From Rhynchopus sp. YZ270_cl-10 (lineage: Eukaryota), in NCBI GenBank assembly GCA_964035575.1, contig OZ037834.1, forward strand, positions 868,001-932,000: a DNA stretch of 64,000 nt. Reading direction: 5' to 3'. Shown here piece by piece: positions 47,106-60,606 of this stretch. A model generated the notes under the pieces. The model did not search any database. It was not told the origin of the DNA and worked only from the letters and a program-made list of their open reading frames with translations. A program made the translations under genes and the position numbers. Positions within the stretch are counted from its first letter, which is position 1. The number at the start of each line of letters is the position of its first letter.

Positions 47106-47581
47106 AAGGGAAAGGGGGTGAGAGAGAGAGAGGAGGTTTTTGAAAAAAAGGGGAACAAAGGATAAGGAAAAGCAATGTTTTCATGTTGTTATGACCAAAT
47201 CTTTGAACCCATAGTGTTGCAGTGGTAAAAACGATGTGTGTTATATGGGGTGCTTTGCGCCTTCATCCTTTCTTTCCCCCTAGCATTTTCCCCTTACTTT
47301 CTTTTCTTAGTCTCTCTAATTAATAAGATTTTCTTCTCCCCCACCCCATTCCTTTCCCTTTCCCCTCCCCCTTTCCCAAACCAACCTCAACACCAAAAAG
47401 GGGGATTTATCTTTTGCAGGGGGGGTCTTATCCCCCTCCCCTCCCCTCTCCCCCTCTTTTCCTTCCCTACCTATACCTCTTTTCTTCTAAGGTGACTTCC
47501 TCTAAGCATAACGAGAGGCTTTTTGAGGTCATCTTATAAAACTTTTTCTTTTTTTTCTCTTTTCTCTTCATCACACAAAAA

Positions 47582-50500
47582 ATGGACGATGGCTTCAGCA
47601 ATGCCGCCTCCCTGCAGGCTACCGGATGGGGGCGTGTTGTGTTCCGTGGTCCTGTTCACCGAGAAGCGTATCCTGAAGACCCGCTTGCGGCGACCAATGG
47701 AACGACACAGGGTGACGTGGAGATGGGGCTGCTTGCGGGGGATGGGCTGGGGTCGCAGCCAGATTCCCCTGGAGGGACCCAGCCGGGGGTGGCGGAAAAC
47801 AGCACAGCGGTGCTGACTGCGAGGGCGCCGAAGCCGAGGGAGTTTCCTGTATCCGCGCAGCAAGGGGGCGACTCGCTGCTGCGTGCGGTAGGTGCCGTGC
47901 GGCAGGAAGGGACATACTCCCGGTCCCTCTGCAACGCTACCCCCGTTTACTGCGATGTGCTCCGCAAAGATAGTCTTGGCAACGAAGACCCCGCCTGGTG
48001 TGCCTCAAATCGTCCTGGCGTGCCGGTTACTACTGACGCCCAGGGGAGACGGTTGGGAAAGGAGCAGGTTACGCAAAGGACAGAGCACGGTGTGAAGGCG
48101 ATTGTTCATGTGATCGGCCACGTGGATTTCAATCGAATGAAGTTTCGTGATGAAGGGGCGAAAAAGAAGGGCGCGTTGACGGAGGTGGATGACTGTCATT
48201 TGGTGCGGTTTTTGAAGAGGAGGAAGGAGAAGGAGAAGGAGGAGAAGGAGAAACGGCAGGAGGAGGACAAGGACGACGACGAGGACGACTCTTCGGAGGA
48301 GGAAGAGGTCAAGGCACAGAAGAAGCCGCCGCGGGGGCAGACCGACTTCATTGGTGACACTGATGTGTACGACGACAAACGCAAACGCATCGTCGACAAA
48401 CAAAAACACCACCTCGGGATGGACCTCACCGGGGAGGACGAATGCGACGAGCTCCACAACATCATCAACACCGGCCACGAGGACGGTGCCCTGCTCACCT
48501 CCGGCGAAGTAGCCAAGGTCATCCGCCAATACCTCACCCGCTCTGTGGTCGCAGCCGCACGCAACAAACACTGCTGCATCCTCACCACCGACACTGCAGA
48601 CATAAAAGGCGCACTCTCCCGCGGCGTCCAAGCAGCCGGTGTCCTCAAACACGGTGAATACCAAGACGGCCTGACAATAGGAGGCAGGGTCCCTGTTTTT
48701 GACGTCCAACCCATGCAGGTTCCGAAGGAGTTTCTCAGCCGGTGGTGTTCCCATCATATCCTGGTATCCCCAGGAAACACTAAGGCCCCGGCAGTAGACT
48801 TCAGCCCTGATGAGGGTGGCGCGCTCCTTGAAAGCGATGTGGGCACGTTAGAACAGCCTCCTGCTGAAGCATCTGCGCGGGATGTGACCGACACTGTCGT
48901 CAAGCTATTGGAGGCAGCATCAAAAGGAAGCCACGGCCTCGTAGAGCGGCCCCCAGCGAGGGTGGTTGGGGTGCTGGTCGGAGGGCATGTAAAGTCAACA
49001 CGGTTCGATATGCTACCTTACGTTCGCAACAGATGGCCGTTTCTCATCATAGAAGGGAGTGGAGGGTACGCCGATATGCTGGCCTCGATCATCACAAAGA
49101 TTGAATCAAGAGCTGGAGGGGTTGCATCGAAGGATGATTATCAAGCTTTGCTGTCAAATTATGACTCTTCCACTGCACAGGTGTTGTACGAAGGGAATTG
49201 GGTGTTAATTCGGAAAGGTACTGTACCGGAGGTGGTTACACGGATGTTGAGTCAGGCGATTTCTGGGGATGAAATTCTGACCAGGGCGTGGGAGTCGTAC
49301 GCAGCGTGGAACCAGCTGGCACGCAACAATGAGTTGCTTTACCGGAATCTGATGTTATGTATTCTTGTCTGCGGGATGCTTGCGACCGCGATATCGATCT
49401 TTCAAACCTTCCTGCAGCTCACCTTCCAAAACGAAACCGACGGCGAAGACGAATCCGGACAACGCAAATGGGCCGGTGGGCACAACACCATCTTTGCCCA
49501 CCTCCACTCCTCCCTCTCCATTGTCGTCGTGGTGCTCCCTATTACCATCTCCCTTCTCCAATCTATCACTAACCGGATCAACGCTGGAGCCAAATGGGTA
49601 TCACTAAAATCCTGCGCCGAAGGACTTCTCTCTGAAATCTATATGTATCGTACACGCTCCGGGGCATATTCGGAACACGAAATCAAAAAGGCCTACGAAA
49701 AACGGATGAAACTCAAACGCAGCAAAGAGCGTGAACAGAGTAATGGCACTGCAAGCGTAGTAGGCGATGAAGAAGGTGAAGGAGACGACGCAGACGGCCT
49801 AGCGGAGAACGCCCCTGTCTACGCAACACGCTCCGAACTTCTCCACGTCAAGCTCAACCAATACACCCAGGAGCTGGTCACGTCTGAAATGAGTGAGAAC
49901 AACATTCCCAAATACAGTGGTTGCATCCCTCCCAAGGAGGTAACACAATATGGGGACGACGGCTATTCTGACCTGACCATCCAAGCATACGCAGACCTCC
50001 GTCTCACACCAAAGATCAACGCATACAACGAAGACGCAGCGTTCTATGACCGCAGCAAGTCCCGCATTACCCTCACCATATACGGTTTTGGTGCGTTAGG
50101 CACAGCGCTTGCAGCGTTGGCCACCTTCGAAGCACTTCGTCCATACAACATAGGAGCCTGGGTAGCGCTAACCACCGCAGTAGGCAGTGCGTTAACCAGA
50201 TATCTGGATTATACGAAAAGTGAATGGCTGCACAACAAATACACGACAGTAATGCATGAATTGGAGAGTGTAGAGTCCTGGTGGTCGTCTCGAGGGAGCG
50301 ATGGGGCGAAAAGCGCGACAATGGACCAAATGGTGACGGCATGTGAAGATAAAATTACCGAAGAGATTTCTGAGTTTAAACAGCAGTTGAAAATCGCTGT
50401 GGCAGAGGCTGCTAAGGAGGCCGAAAAACAGGCAGAAGAACGGGCACAAATTCAAGAGAAGCTTCGAAAAGGTGAACAACCGGATTTGGTCAAAAAAATG

Positions 50501-53500
50501 GACTCTCTAGGCTTATCCCGCATCAACTCTGATGCTATTCTTGGTGCGCTTAAAGACCCTACCTCTTCTGATGCACGTAAACTCATTAAAACGCTTCAAC
50601 GAATCGACGATGAATTCGGTGGAGTCATCGATGAAGTAAAGGCCGCAGCGGAAGACTCTGCGCTAGGAAAAATCATTTCGACGCATATTCAGGACATTGC
50701 AGAGTACAAAAAATACATGGACGCTGCAGGGAATATCATCGAAAACGTTAAAGGGGCGGTCGAAGGGGGGATCCACCTGAACCCGTTAAACCTCGAAAAG
50801 CTTATACCTCATGATCTGATGGAGACTATAAAGGATACTACAAAGCGAAAAGGGTTTTTGAGCCATATTGACACAATCAGTAGGGTGTGTGACCCGTGGC
50901 AAATGTCGTACGGTGATATTCTTATTACTGCGAAGAAGTGTGGGCGGCATTTTCACAAACAGATCGGCGCGTTGCCGTATCGGGTGGCAATGGAAGGGGT
51001 GGCGAAACTGTGTTTTCAAGAGGTGTTTACGGAGTTTGAGGAGGCGTTGGACAAGCTGGGGCTTTCTGCATTAGATTTTGTTGAGTCGAGAGAGCAGTTG
51101 GACATATTCATTTCGGAAATCCGAAAACTTTCGGGGCTGCCAGCGAACATCAATCTCAAGGCGATTATGACAGCCTGCTCCATCCCTACCATCAAAACCG
51201 CGTTTCAAGGACTCAGTGAAGCAAAAGTCCGGTCCATTCTGAAGAGAGGGTCAAAATACTTCATAGAAAGCTCTCCGGCATTGGAGCTGCATAAAAGCAT
51301 TTCGGAGACCACTGCTGATATGGACCTCGACGTCGCCTTCGCAGACAACCACGAAGAACTGATTCAGACCCTCTGCAGAGCGTTTGAGCTGACTTCAGAC
51401 CTCCCAGCGCACTTTCTGGAAAAGGAGGAAATCGTTTCGGTCTTCCCAGACCGGGTTCGCGAGCAGTTTGCGGAAAAGAGTTTTATTTCATTAATTGCTG
51501 TTCTCTCCCGCCTTCAGAAGGGGACCATCGGGAAGAAATTTATGGACGCCTGGATTCGTGCCCCTATTGACCCCTCTGTTGCGATGGCTCATACTGGAGG
51601 GCTGGACATAGAAGAACCTAGGGAGCAACAGTCCTTCAGACGAGGCTCGACTGGGACGTGCAATACCTTTGCAACGTCGAAGAGTGCTGCTGGGAAGACG
51701 ATGCGGGGGTTGGGAGGAAAAGTGACCAGGTTGTCTCGGTTTTCGCAGTTGGAGGTGATGCTGCATTCGTTCCAGAATAGGTTGAAGTTGAGTCTGGCTG
51801 CAGAGAGGTTGAGTCAAATTGAGATTAATTCTTTGAGCAAATCGTCGCTTCTGAAGAAAATACGGAATATCATTGGCGCCGACCCTGCGTTAAATGAAGA
51901 GCTCCAAGTCTGCAACGATGCAGGCATCCGATTGGTCTTAAGCGGCGTGCGCTCTGCAGTGAGCAACAGCTATCCTGGACGGATCTTTGACATGCTTACC
52001 GACGAGCTGGTCTCCTTCGATGCAGGCATGATGTTCACCTGGGACGACAGAGAAAAGCTTATCAACCGCATGAAGGATTTCAAAGGCATCAACGTCAACA
52101 AAAAACCCGACGAATGGCTCCGTTCCATGCTTGGCTACAAATCGCTCATCGACCGCTGCCGCTGTCTCGACACACAACAACTCAAAGAGCTCATCATGCG
52201 GTTGCAAAGCCTTATGGGATCTACCTTCGGAAGGCGAGTATTTGACAAAAGCTTGGAACATCTCAACGCTTTAGACCAAGATAGCTATAAAGAAGCAGGG
52301 TTCATGTCGTGGAGAGACCAAATGGTTGACCGATTTGTGTCCACCTGTATGAACACCGATGAGGAGATGGTCGAAAAACCGTGCGACGATGCGGATGTGT
52401 TCCGGGAGTCAATGAATATGGACGAACAGATTATTCGGTTGACCGCGAATCTCTCGGTCCGCGAGCTTCGTACTGTGATCCTACAGATTAAAGAGCTGGC
52501 AGGTGAGCGCGTTGTGGCGAACATCTTTGAAGCTGCATCTAAAGAAATCAACTCGGAAGAAGTCTTCCACATCTTCGACAGTGCCTTTATGTTGCCCCCT
52601 ATTCGCCAACGTTTGATCATGTGTATGACAAATCTATTGATCAACCCACTAACGCAAAGGACATTACACCTTGCAGACATAGCAGCAGCCCTGCCCGATA
52701 AAACCTTGAAGAGATTGCAACAGAACGTTGTGTTGCCTGAAAAGCACCTAGTCTCGGACACGATTTTGTTGGATCCTGGTGTGGTGACTTCGGAAGGCCT
52801 CCGTTTTGACATTCTGGACTCCTGTTCGGACAACCTGAACCGCGCTTTAGTGGAGTCGCTGGTTAAGGTGTTCAAAGGCAAGGCGCGACTCGCAGAGGTA
52901 GTGGAGTTTTTGCTCGCAGAGATGAAGCTGACGGCAGGCTACCGGCTGTTCTTGCGTCTGTGCTCAGAGGTAACGTCGTTCTGTCTTCGGGAGATTGTGA
53001 AAAGCCCGCGGGCGCGGCAGGGGCTGTTCCCGGTGTTCTTAAAAATGGTGTGGTACAATCGGTTTGGGTTCAAACCTCGTGTGTTGAGTCGCAACTCCAC
53101 CGAGTACACCTTAGTGCAGGTGATGATACCAGGACCCGTAGGGGAGGACGGAACCTTTAAGCTGATCGAGGCAAAGCCAACGAAGGAAGTGATCATGGTG
53201 CTGCTGGAGGAGTTCTGCGAGGACTCGCATGAGGAGGTGGAGGAGTGTCTGATGCACTGCACGGCAGCGCAGCTGAAGGATGTGATTGGGTCCTTTTATA
53301 AGATTTTGACGAGCACGCATGTGGGCGTCTTTTTTCAGTTTTTGGAACGTTCGGTGATTTTAGGATCAACGAGGAAGCTGAAGGGCCTGCACAACGCTGA
53401 CCCTGAGCTGAAAAGGCGGCGGATCCTTGAGGACGAAAGGGAGAAGCGGCTGCGCAACGAGGGGATTGTGTACGTGAAGCATTCGCTGCGGCTGTCCTCG

Positions 53501-55015
53501 ACGCGTGTGTTCGACAGCTTTGACGGGTTTGACGTGCGTCTCTTCACCTCACGTGGTGAGAAGGAGAAGCGCACCATCCTCAGCAGGTTCATCCAGTCCG
53601 ACGACGTCATCTCCATCATCGCTGCCTACAACGAGGTGCAGATGAAGAGCCTCTTCTCGTACATCAAGAGCAACCCTGCCTTCAGGAAGTTCAGCGATCC
53701 CGAGGAATCCGACCACGACTCAGATGGGGTATGTAATAGGTGTATAGGTGCAAATAAGTTAAGTCAAAAATCCTGAAAAAATCATTTTTGTGTATAGGAC
53801 TGCTTGGGAGGGGTGTGTCCACCCCACCAACCACCAAGATGTACGAGAGGCCCATTTCATCTTACAAATTTTCTTTTGCAAAACAGTCGGCCTGCGTCCT
53901 GGAACGGTGAGACGTTTGCACTTTCAACTTCTTCTCTTTCTTTGTAGTGAGACATCTGACATCAAAAAGATACACCAAAACCCCACCATTTTGGCCCATG
54001 TTCTGCGCAAGAATCAGTCCATGAATTATCAACCAAACCCTTAACCACACACACACAGGACCGCTCCGACGCAGGCTCCTCTGCTGCCAGCAGTGTCGGC
54101 TCTGACGCTGGCGACCCACGTCTGGCAGAAGTCGACGTACCTACGGGTGAAGGGTTTGTTCTCTACCCCCCTCTGCACCCTCTGCACCCTCTGCTCCCCA
54201 GTTAACTTGTTAAAGCAGCTTTGCTGCGACATGGGGAGATCTGGTGTTACTGTAGATGATAGTATAAGATGCTTTGGTCCATTTTTGCTTTTATTACCTC
54301 TTTGCTCTGCAAAGGTTGGAACGGGAAAGACAAAACACACCACCTTCATCAGGAATTTTTCCACAAATTTGTTTCCCCGGTGTGTTTTCCTTCCCTCGTA
54401 CGTCACAATAAACGAAACCCCTCCTCACATTGTTTTTGTTGCGCTTTCAGGACCTCATCGACGGATCACTATTTGTACACCAGATCTCCACCCTCTGCAC
54501 CCCCTCCACCCCTGCCTACCACCTTTCTCTTAACACCACACCCCAACAGAGAGAAGACAGAGAAGCCCCGCAACCCACATGCATCTCCGCATGCAAGGAG
54601 CGGGCCGCGTGGGCAGCAGCAGCAGCACCAGGCGTCGTCCTCCGCCTCCGCCTTTGCCACCACAAAGCGTTCTGCCTTCGGTGCGCCCCCTGCAGACACC
54701 GAACCGCCACGTCCGTCACGGCGTGCGACGATAACGGAAGACCTCCAAGCCACGCCGCTGACGCAGCACACAGCAAAGCAGCTCTCCTCGGATGGTGGGG
54801 GCACAGAGCCGGGGGAGCTGGGGGCAGGGGTCTCGCCGAGGGGGAGCGATGTGGCTACTGACGGACCAGGGGGAGAGGTGGTGGGGGAAAAGGAAAGTGT
54901 GGAGAAGGAGAAGGAGAAGGAGAAGGAGAAGGAGGGCCCCGTGGAGGAAGGTGACGGTGGTGCTGGACCATCAGGCGGAGGAGCAGAGGGCGCGAAAGAG
55001 GAAGACAAGGCGTGA
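47582..55015 (+). CDS. ~2235-aa SLOG (LSDAT/TRPM-type) + two SLATT (DUF4231-like) 2TM domains + long helical C-terminus; exons 47582-53728, 54059-54153, 54550-55015
   Basis: SLOG-like CSHHILV...VVGVLVGG...NRWPFLIIEGSGGYADMLA; SLATT-like KWVSLKSCAEGLLSEIYMYRTRSGAY and YADLRLTPKINAY...WVALTTAVGSAL...KYTTVMHELESVESWW; introns are phase-compatible GT-AG. Confidence 0.8.
54198..54485 (+). mobile_element. Diverged solo A-B repeat of the YR retroelement within intron 2 of the SLOG-SLATT gene
   Basis: Same termini (CCAGTTAACTTG...ACACCAGAT) and internal CCCTCGTACGTCACAATAAA; CTCC on both flanks within a (CCTCTGCAC)-type repeat. Confidence 0.85.
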
Positions 55016-56493
55016 TAAGAAGAGGGTTGAGGGAGGGGTGATGGGCAAAGTAATAATGTTTACCAGCACAGCACACAGAATGCAGTGTATTGTTGTTAAG
55101 AGTCTACTTTTATGTGTTTTTGTGTTGTTAATTTCTGCCAAATGCGCACCCATAGTGGTGATAAAGGTGGCTAAGCACGAAATGCTTAGGTTCATCTTGC
55201 AAACGTTTGTTTTGTCTGCACAAAACACAGCCATTCGGCCATTCGTGTTTCTTAGGTAATGTCGTAGATACATACGATTGCTGTTGTCCCTAACCTAATC
55301 TGCTAATCTATTTTCCTCTCTTGCAAGGATGTAAGGATCTCGTGAAGAAAACAGCGTGGGCCACTATTAGTGATAGTGGTCTATAATCAACTTGGACCCT
55401 TTCCTCCATAATCTGTCGGTTTCGGTATATCGTCACACAGTCTTTCTCTTCTATCCGAAAGACAACGTTTTTCTCTACGGGGGTGTTTTTTTTCTTCGAC
55501 TGAGCTGCGTTAGCACGTTGCAGCTGCTCTTTTTTTCCACGAGAGATTCGCTTGCACTTTCAAGGATCACTTTTCTCCACCCGATGCATCATAGTCACAA
55601 GAGGGCTTTGGTGTTTCAAGTCATATTTCTTTGGAATCTTTGGGATAAACACAAAAAGAGAGGGTTTGGTATGTCTTTCCCCACCAGTGCCCGCGTCTGC
55701 CCGAAGAACGGTGAGGTGTTTGCACTTTCAACTTTTCTTTTTTCTGGAAGCGTGCAATGCAACAAACGGTCGAGATCTGATCAAGCGGAACGGATATATT
55801 TCTGTGCTCTCAGATGGAAACCACGAAATAGCTGTAGGACTGCATGGTTGGGTTGTCCACCCCCTGGTACAGCCGGTCATTGTACCAAGGTACACTGTTC
55901 ACGAGCGGGTTTTGTATTTCACCTCTTCTTTTTTCCCCTAACACCTGGCGGGACACAAAAAGACATCACAATAGATCCCTCTCCCCCCCGAGAGGGTGGG
56001 GTGGCGGGTGTGGTGGTTGTGTTCGGCTTTCAACTTTCAACTTTTCTCCGTCTGTTTTTTGTTCTCCTCTCTCATCTTTGAAGGAAAATTGTTTGATATA
56101 AAACCTCACGCAAAAAAAGTGTCACAAAAAATAGCTTTCCCTCCGCCCCATTATTTTGTGTTTGCTCTGCTAAATGTGTGGTAATCAACTATGGATCGTG
56201 TTGATTTTTTTCTCTTCAAATATTTCAAACAAATCACAAAACCGTATCTCTCGATTTTTTTTAAGTTCGCTCAAAGGAGAGCGATTTTTCTATTTTCAAT
56301 ATTTTTTTGCTCCGTTCTGTTTCCCCTTCCCTCCTCCCCCCCATTTTTTGTGTTTTGCTTTTCACAAGGCTGACCAGAAAAAAAATAGTAGAAATAAAAT
56401 ATAATCACTCAAAAAAGAAAATGGAAACTTTTCCCTCCCAAAAAACCTACACCCCCCCTTTCACACAAAAAAAAGGCTATCAAAACACACACA

Positions 56494-59404
56494 ATGTCCG
56501 ACCCCGAGCCCACCCTACAGCTTCTCGTCAGAGAGCGGAACGGGGTGTCTGCGTTTAACATTGAGGGCACCGACTTTGTGGACACAGGCTTCTCTGACCA
56601 GGGGGTTGACTCTATCGCGTACGACGGCCTGGGCACGTCCTTTGTGTCGTACAACAGAAAAGAGGGGGCGACCGTCTACGATGCAGAGACACGTACCCCG
56701 CTGTTTGAGTCTGATGTGAAGAAGGTTATGGGGGCAGCGTTGTCGCGGAAGGGGACGTACCTTGCACTATGGCAGGTGCCCGACCTTGAGGGGAAGAGGG
56801 AGAATTTGTACATCTATAAAGTGCGCAGCCAGGAGCGTGTAGGGTCGTTGTGGGCACCGCATTGGCCCTGCATTGATTGGTTCGCGGATGAGTCCTGCGC
56901 TGTGTTCTACCATCTCCTCACCGGCATTTCGTTTTACGAAGATTTTGCCAAGCCTCCCACAGCAAACGTTCCCGGTCGTTGGAATGTCGTCTCGCTCTCC
57001 CCTACCTCCCCTGCTACAATCTTCGCCGCGATGATCCCCGGAGAGAAGGAGCGTGAGACCGTGCCGACGAAGATTCGCGTCTTCAGATATCCAAAGGTTG
57101 TAAAGGATATTCTGACGCACGAGCTTCGTGTCGACTCCGCGTCGGTGTCGTGGAATAAGAAGGGCACGTCGTGCCTCGTGCAGGCAGGGCTTGACGCAGA
57201 TGCTAGCGGGCGGTCGTACTACGGCGAGGCCGCGCTGTTCCTCTTCAACGTGCAGGACAAGAAGATCACCCCCATCCCCACAGGGGACACACCGATCCAC
57301 GACGTCAAATGGAACGGAAACGGCAAGGAGTTTATCGTCGTCTACGGGAAGATGCCTGCAAACGAGGCGAAGCTCATCGACGAGAAGGGTGTGCTCATCC
57401 ACAAATTCGACGTCTCCCCGAAAAACACGGTCCACTGGTCGCCCCACAACAGATACTTCATGCTGGCTGGGTTCGGCAACCTTCCTGGGGACATGGTGAT
57501 GTACGACAGAGAGCACCTGGGGAAGGGGACTCAGGTGATAGGGCGGTGCAGCCAGTCGTCTGTGACGTTGTGTCTGTTTTCGCCGTGCTCGAAGTACTTC
57601 CTGTGTGCCACGTGCCACCCACGTATGACCACAGCAAACAAGATCACGCTCTTCAAGGTCAACGGTGAGAAGGTAGGCGAGAAGCCGTACCAGGAGCTGT
57701 ACGAGGCAGCGTGGCGTCCCTTCACCGTCAAAGCCTTCTCACAGGGTGCCCCTCTCGCAGCAGCACCGGCTCCGAAGGCAGCAGCAAAGCCTGCAGCCAA
57801 GACCGCAGTGTTCAGAGCGCAGGGACGCAACCCTGGACACGCGGACGCAATTAAGGCGAGTCTCTCAGTGCCAAAGGTAATGTCATTTTTTTGTGTATTT
57901 TTTTTGGGTTTAAAAGAGAACGAAGCGACATCACAAATAAAAATACCCAAAAACATAAACCACAGAAAGCGCACTACAGCTCGAGCAGCAAAGTTGCCGA
58001 CAGCTTCACCTCCTGGAGGAATGCGGATGAGAAGCCGAAGACACCACAGGAGGCGGCTGCGGCCAAGGTTGTGGGTATGTTGTCTTCCTCCTCCTTCTTC
58101 TTCTTTTTTACTCCCAATCGCAACACTCCGGGGGTCCGATAACCCTTTAGAGATCGGATTTATAGTGCACTGTTGATAGTTGCGTCCCACGTACTCTCGT
58201 CCACCATCTGCAAACACCTTAGGTTCGTTCAGCTTAGGCACATTCCTGTGTCAAACGTCCAGCTTCTCCAATGTCCTTTGACGGCTGTAGCCCCCACCAG
58301 CCATCTGTGATGGCCTTTTTTTTTTCCCCCACCCCCGTTCCCCTGCCGCCCCTTGTGCTTCAAACTGCTCACACTCTGCCAGGTCGCCGCTCGCGTCCGT
58401 CGAGTCAGATCCTCCGTCGTAGACTAGTGTAGGAGCTTTGTCTACCCGCTCTCGGAGCTTGCGACAGAGCTCCGCGACGCGTGCGTCAGTCTGCCTCTGG
58501 CAGAGCTTTTCGTCCTGTGATAATATTATTTTGTAAAGAATGACAAAGGCATATGCTATATAGGGTATCTTATAGGTGCATACCGCGCTCGGCTTTTCCC
58601 CCCGGGTTCGGGGAAGGCTCACACACCCCTTTCTCTCCACCACACTACCCCCACCCATAACCCCTTTCCCCCCTACAGGAGCAACAGTGGTCGGCCTTGA
58701 GCCTGCAGAGAAGAAGAAGGAGAAGAAGCCTAAGAAGGAGTGCGAGGTGGAGCAGAACCCCATTGAAGACTACACCAAGAAGAGGTATGTGAGCAAGGTG
58801 AATGGAACGCATGTGAAATTGTTTTTGTACCACATACACATTATTATAAACACAGCTTCCCCGACGTAGAGAAGGCCCTGAAGGTGGCGAAGAAGAAGGT
58901 GGATGCGTGCGGTGTGCTCAACAACAAAGAGGTGAAGGACCTGAACTCAGACCAGCTCAACAAGCTGAAGGACTTCCACAACCTCAAGGCGGAAGTCAAG
59001 CATCTCGAGGTATGTTTTTGCAAGGATTTAAAAAAAAAAGACTTTGACAGTGGAGCTTGCACATAGGTGGCAACTGCACTATTCCACAATTTTTCAAAGA
59101 GGGAATTTTATTTATCAGATGTAAACCACGAAATGGATGTAGGACTGCATGGTTGGGTGTCCACCCCCCGGTACAGCCGGTCATTGTACCAAGACACAGT
59201 GTTCACGAAAGGGCTTTGTATTTCAACTCTACTTATTTTTATCAACGCAAATGCAAAAAGCCTAAATGGCTGCGGTCGACGAAAAAAGAACATAGTAGTA
59301 GAGTAGTAAGGACAGATCAGTTGGTATAGTGTTATGTTTCACGTCTCCTATTTACAACACCAACCCCACAGGCACTCAAAAAGGCGGGCAAGAAGTCGCA
59401 GTGA
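56494..59404 (+). CDS. EIF2A: Translation initiation factor eIF2A (beta-propeller); exons 56494-57876, 57966-58074, 58679-58784, 58856-59009, 59372-59404
   Basis: DASGRSYYGE, PIHDVKW...EFIVVYGKMPA, WSPHNRYFMLAGFGNLPGDM, ATCHPRM..AN, and a C-terminal coiled coil (DLNSDQLNKL); splice phases are consistent. Confidence 0.9.
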
Positions 59405-60606
59405 TCTTTGGAGACATTTTACCCTTTTTTTATTGGAGAAAACTTTGCAGTCATTCAAATAACCAACGAAGAAGGTTGAAGGTTGTCCCCAAAAATAACA
59501 CAGCAACAACTGCCTCCGTTCTAACCTTGCGGGTCTGGGCATAGTCCATCTTTCCCCCCCTTTTTTTTTTCTGACAGCGCATTTGCAATGCGTTTGTGTG
59601 CACGACAACAACGTAGCAGGGGTACCTCTTCTTGAGGTTTTTATGGATTTTTTATGGGGAAAAAAAATGATATCGTGTGGTTCATCTTTAGATCTCCATG
59701 TTATATTATTTTCTGGGGGATTTTTTTTGTGTGGATGTGTTTTTTGAAAAAAGCAAATGTTGGATAAATTCCTAAAAGAGCGAAGCATTGCACACAAATA
59801 CGTGGATCTGTTTCTGGCTTGTTTTCAGTAGTTTCTCAGTTCGTTGTTAAAAAAGTTTTTTTTTTCTTTTTCTCTTTTTGCGTCCCTCCGCGGAGTATCA
59901 CGCCTCCCATGCAGAGGCTGCAGAGGCGTTTTTGCACTATCAACTTCACCTTTTTTTCCCCCAAACAAAAAACTCCCTACAACGAGCTTCAATTCTTTTG
60001 AACAAACGTTCATCAAAAATGAATGCAGTGTTTTAAAGAGGGAGTTTATTATGGGAAAACCTCGAAATGGATGTAGGATTGCATGATTAGGGGTGTCCAT
60101 CTTGTTGTATTTCAAGTCAACTTTTTTTTTTTGGTCAGGCCGTCGTAGTCGGAGCATGGGGTAGATCTATGGTGTGTTTTGTCTTTTAATGTTCTCCATC
60201 TGGATGTTTCCGATACTACAAAACTAAGATCTGCACCAAGATCAACCCCCACGCTCCAGAGAGGCTCACCGCCAACTCCTTTCGCGGGCGTGGACGCACT
60301 CCTACGATGTGCCACGGCTTTTTTCAGTAAGGTGTGTATCAGATTCTCACAAAAAAGCAATTAGCAAAAAGAAAAAAGCAAAAAAAAAAAAAAAAGGATG
60401 AAAAACGCTGGTCAGGCAAAAGTAAAAACGTAGAAAGGCTTCTTGAAATGTTGTTGGAATAAACAAAACCCATTTGCAGTTTTGCAATCAATTCGGTGGC
60501 TGCTTCTCTCCTAGGTGTTTTTATCAACTTCACTTTTTCAAAACACCCCTCTCACATCAGGGGCGGTATCTATACACAGCCACCCATATCGGCAACACAA
60601 AAAAAG

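Noticed and set aside
56767..57618. Long antisense ORFs opposite real genes (also 48005-48757 and 61975-62700)
   Set aside because: Shadow ORFs caused by GC-rich codon usage.
58251..58763. Antisense ORF nested in an eIF2A intron
   Set aside because: No recognisable motif and partly a shadow of an eIF2A exon; may be a repeat fragment but unsupported.
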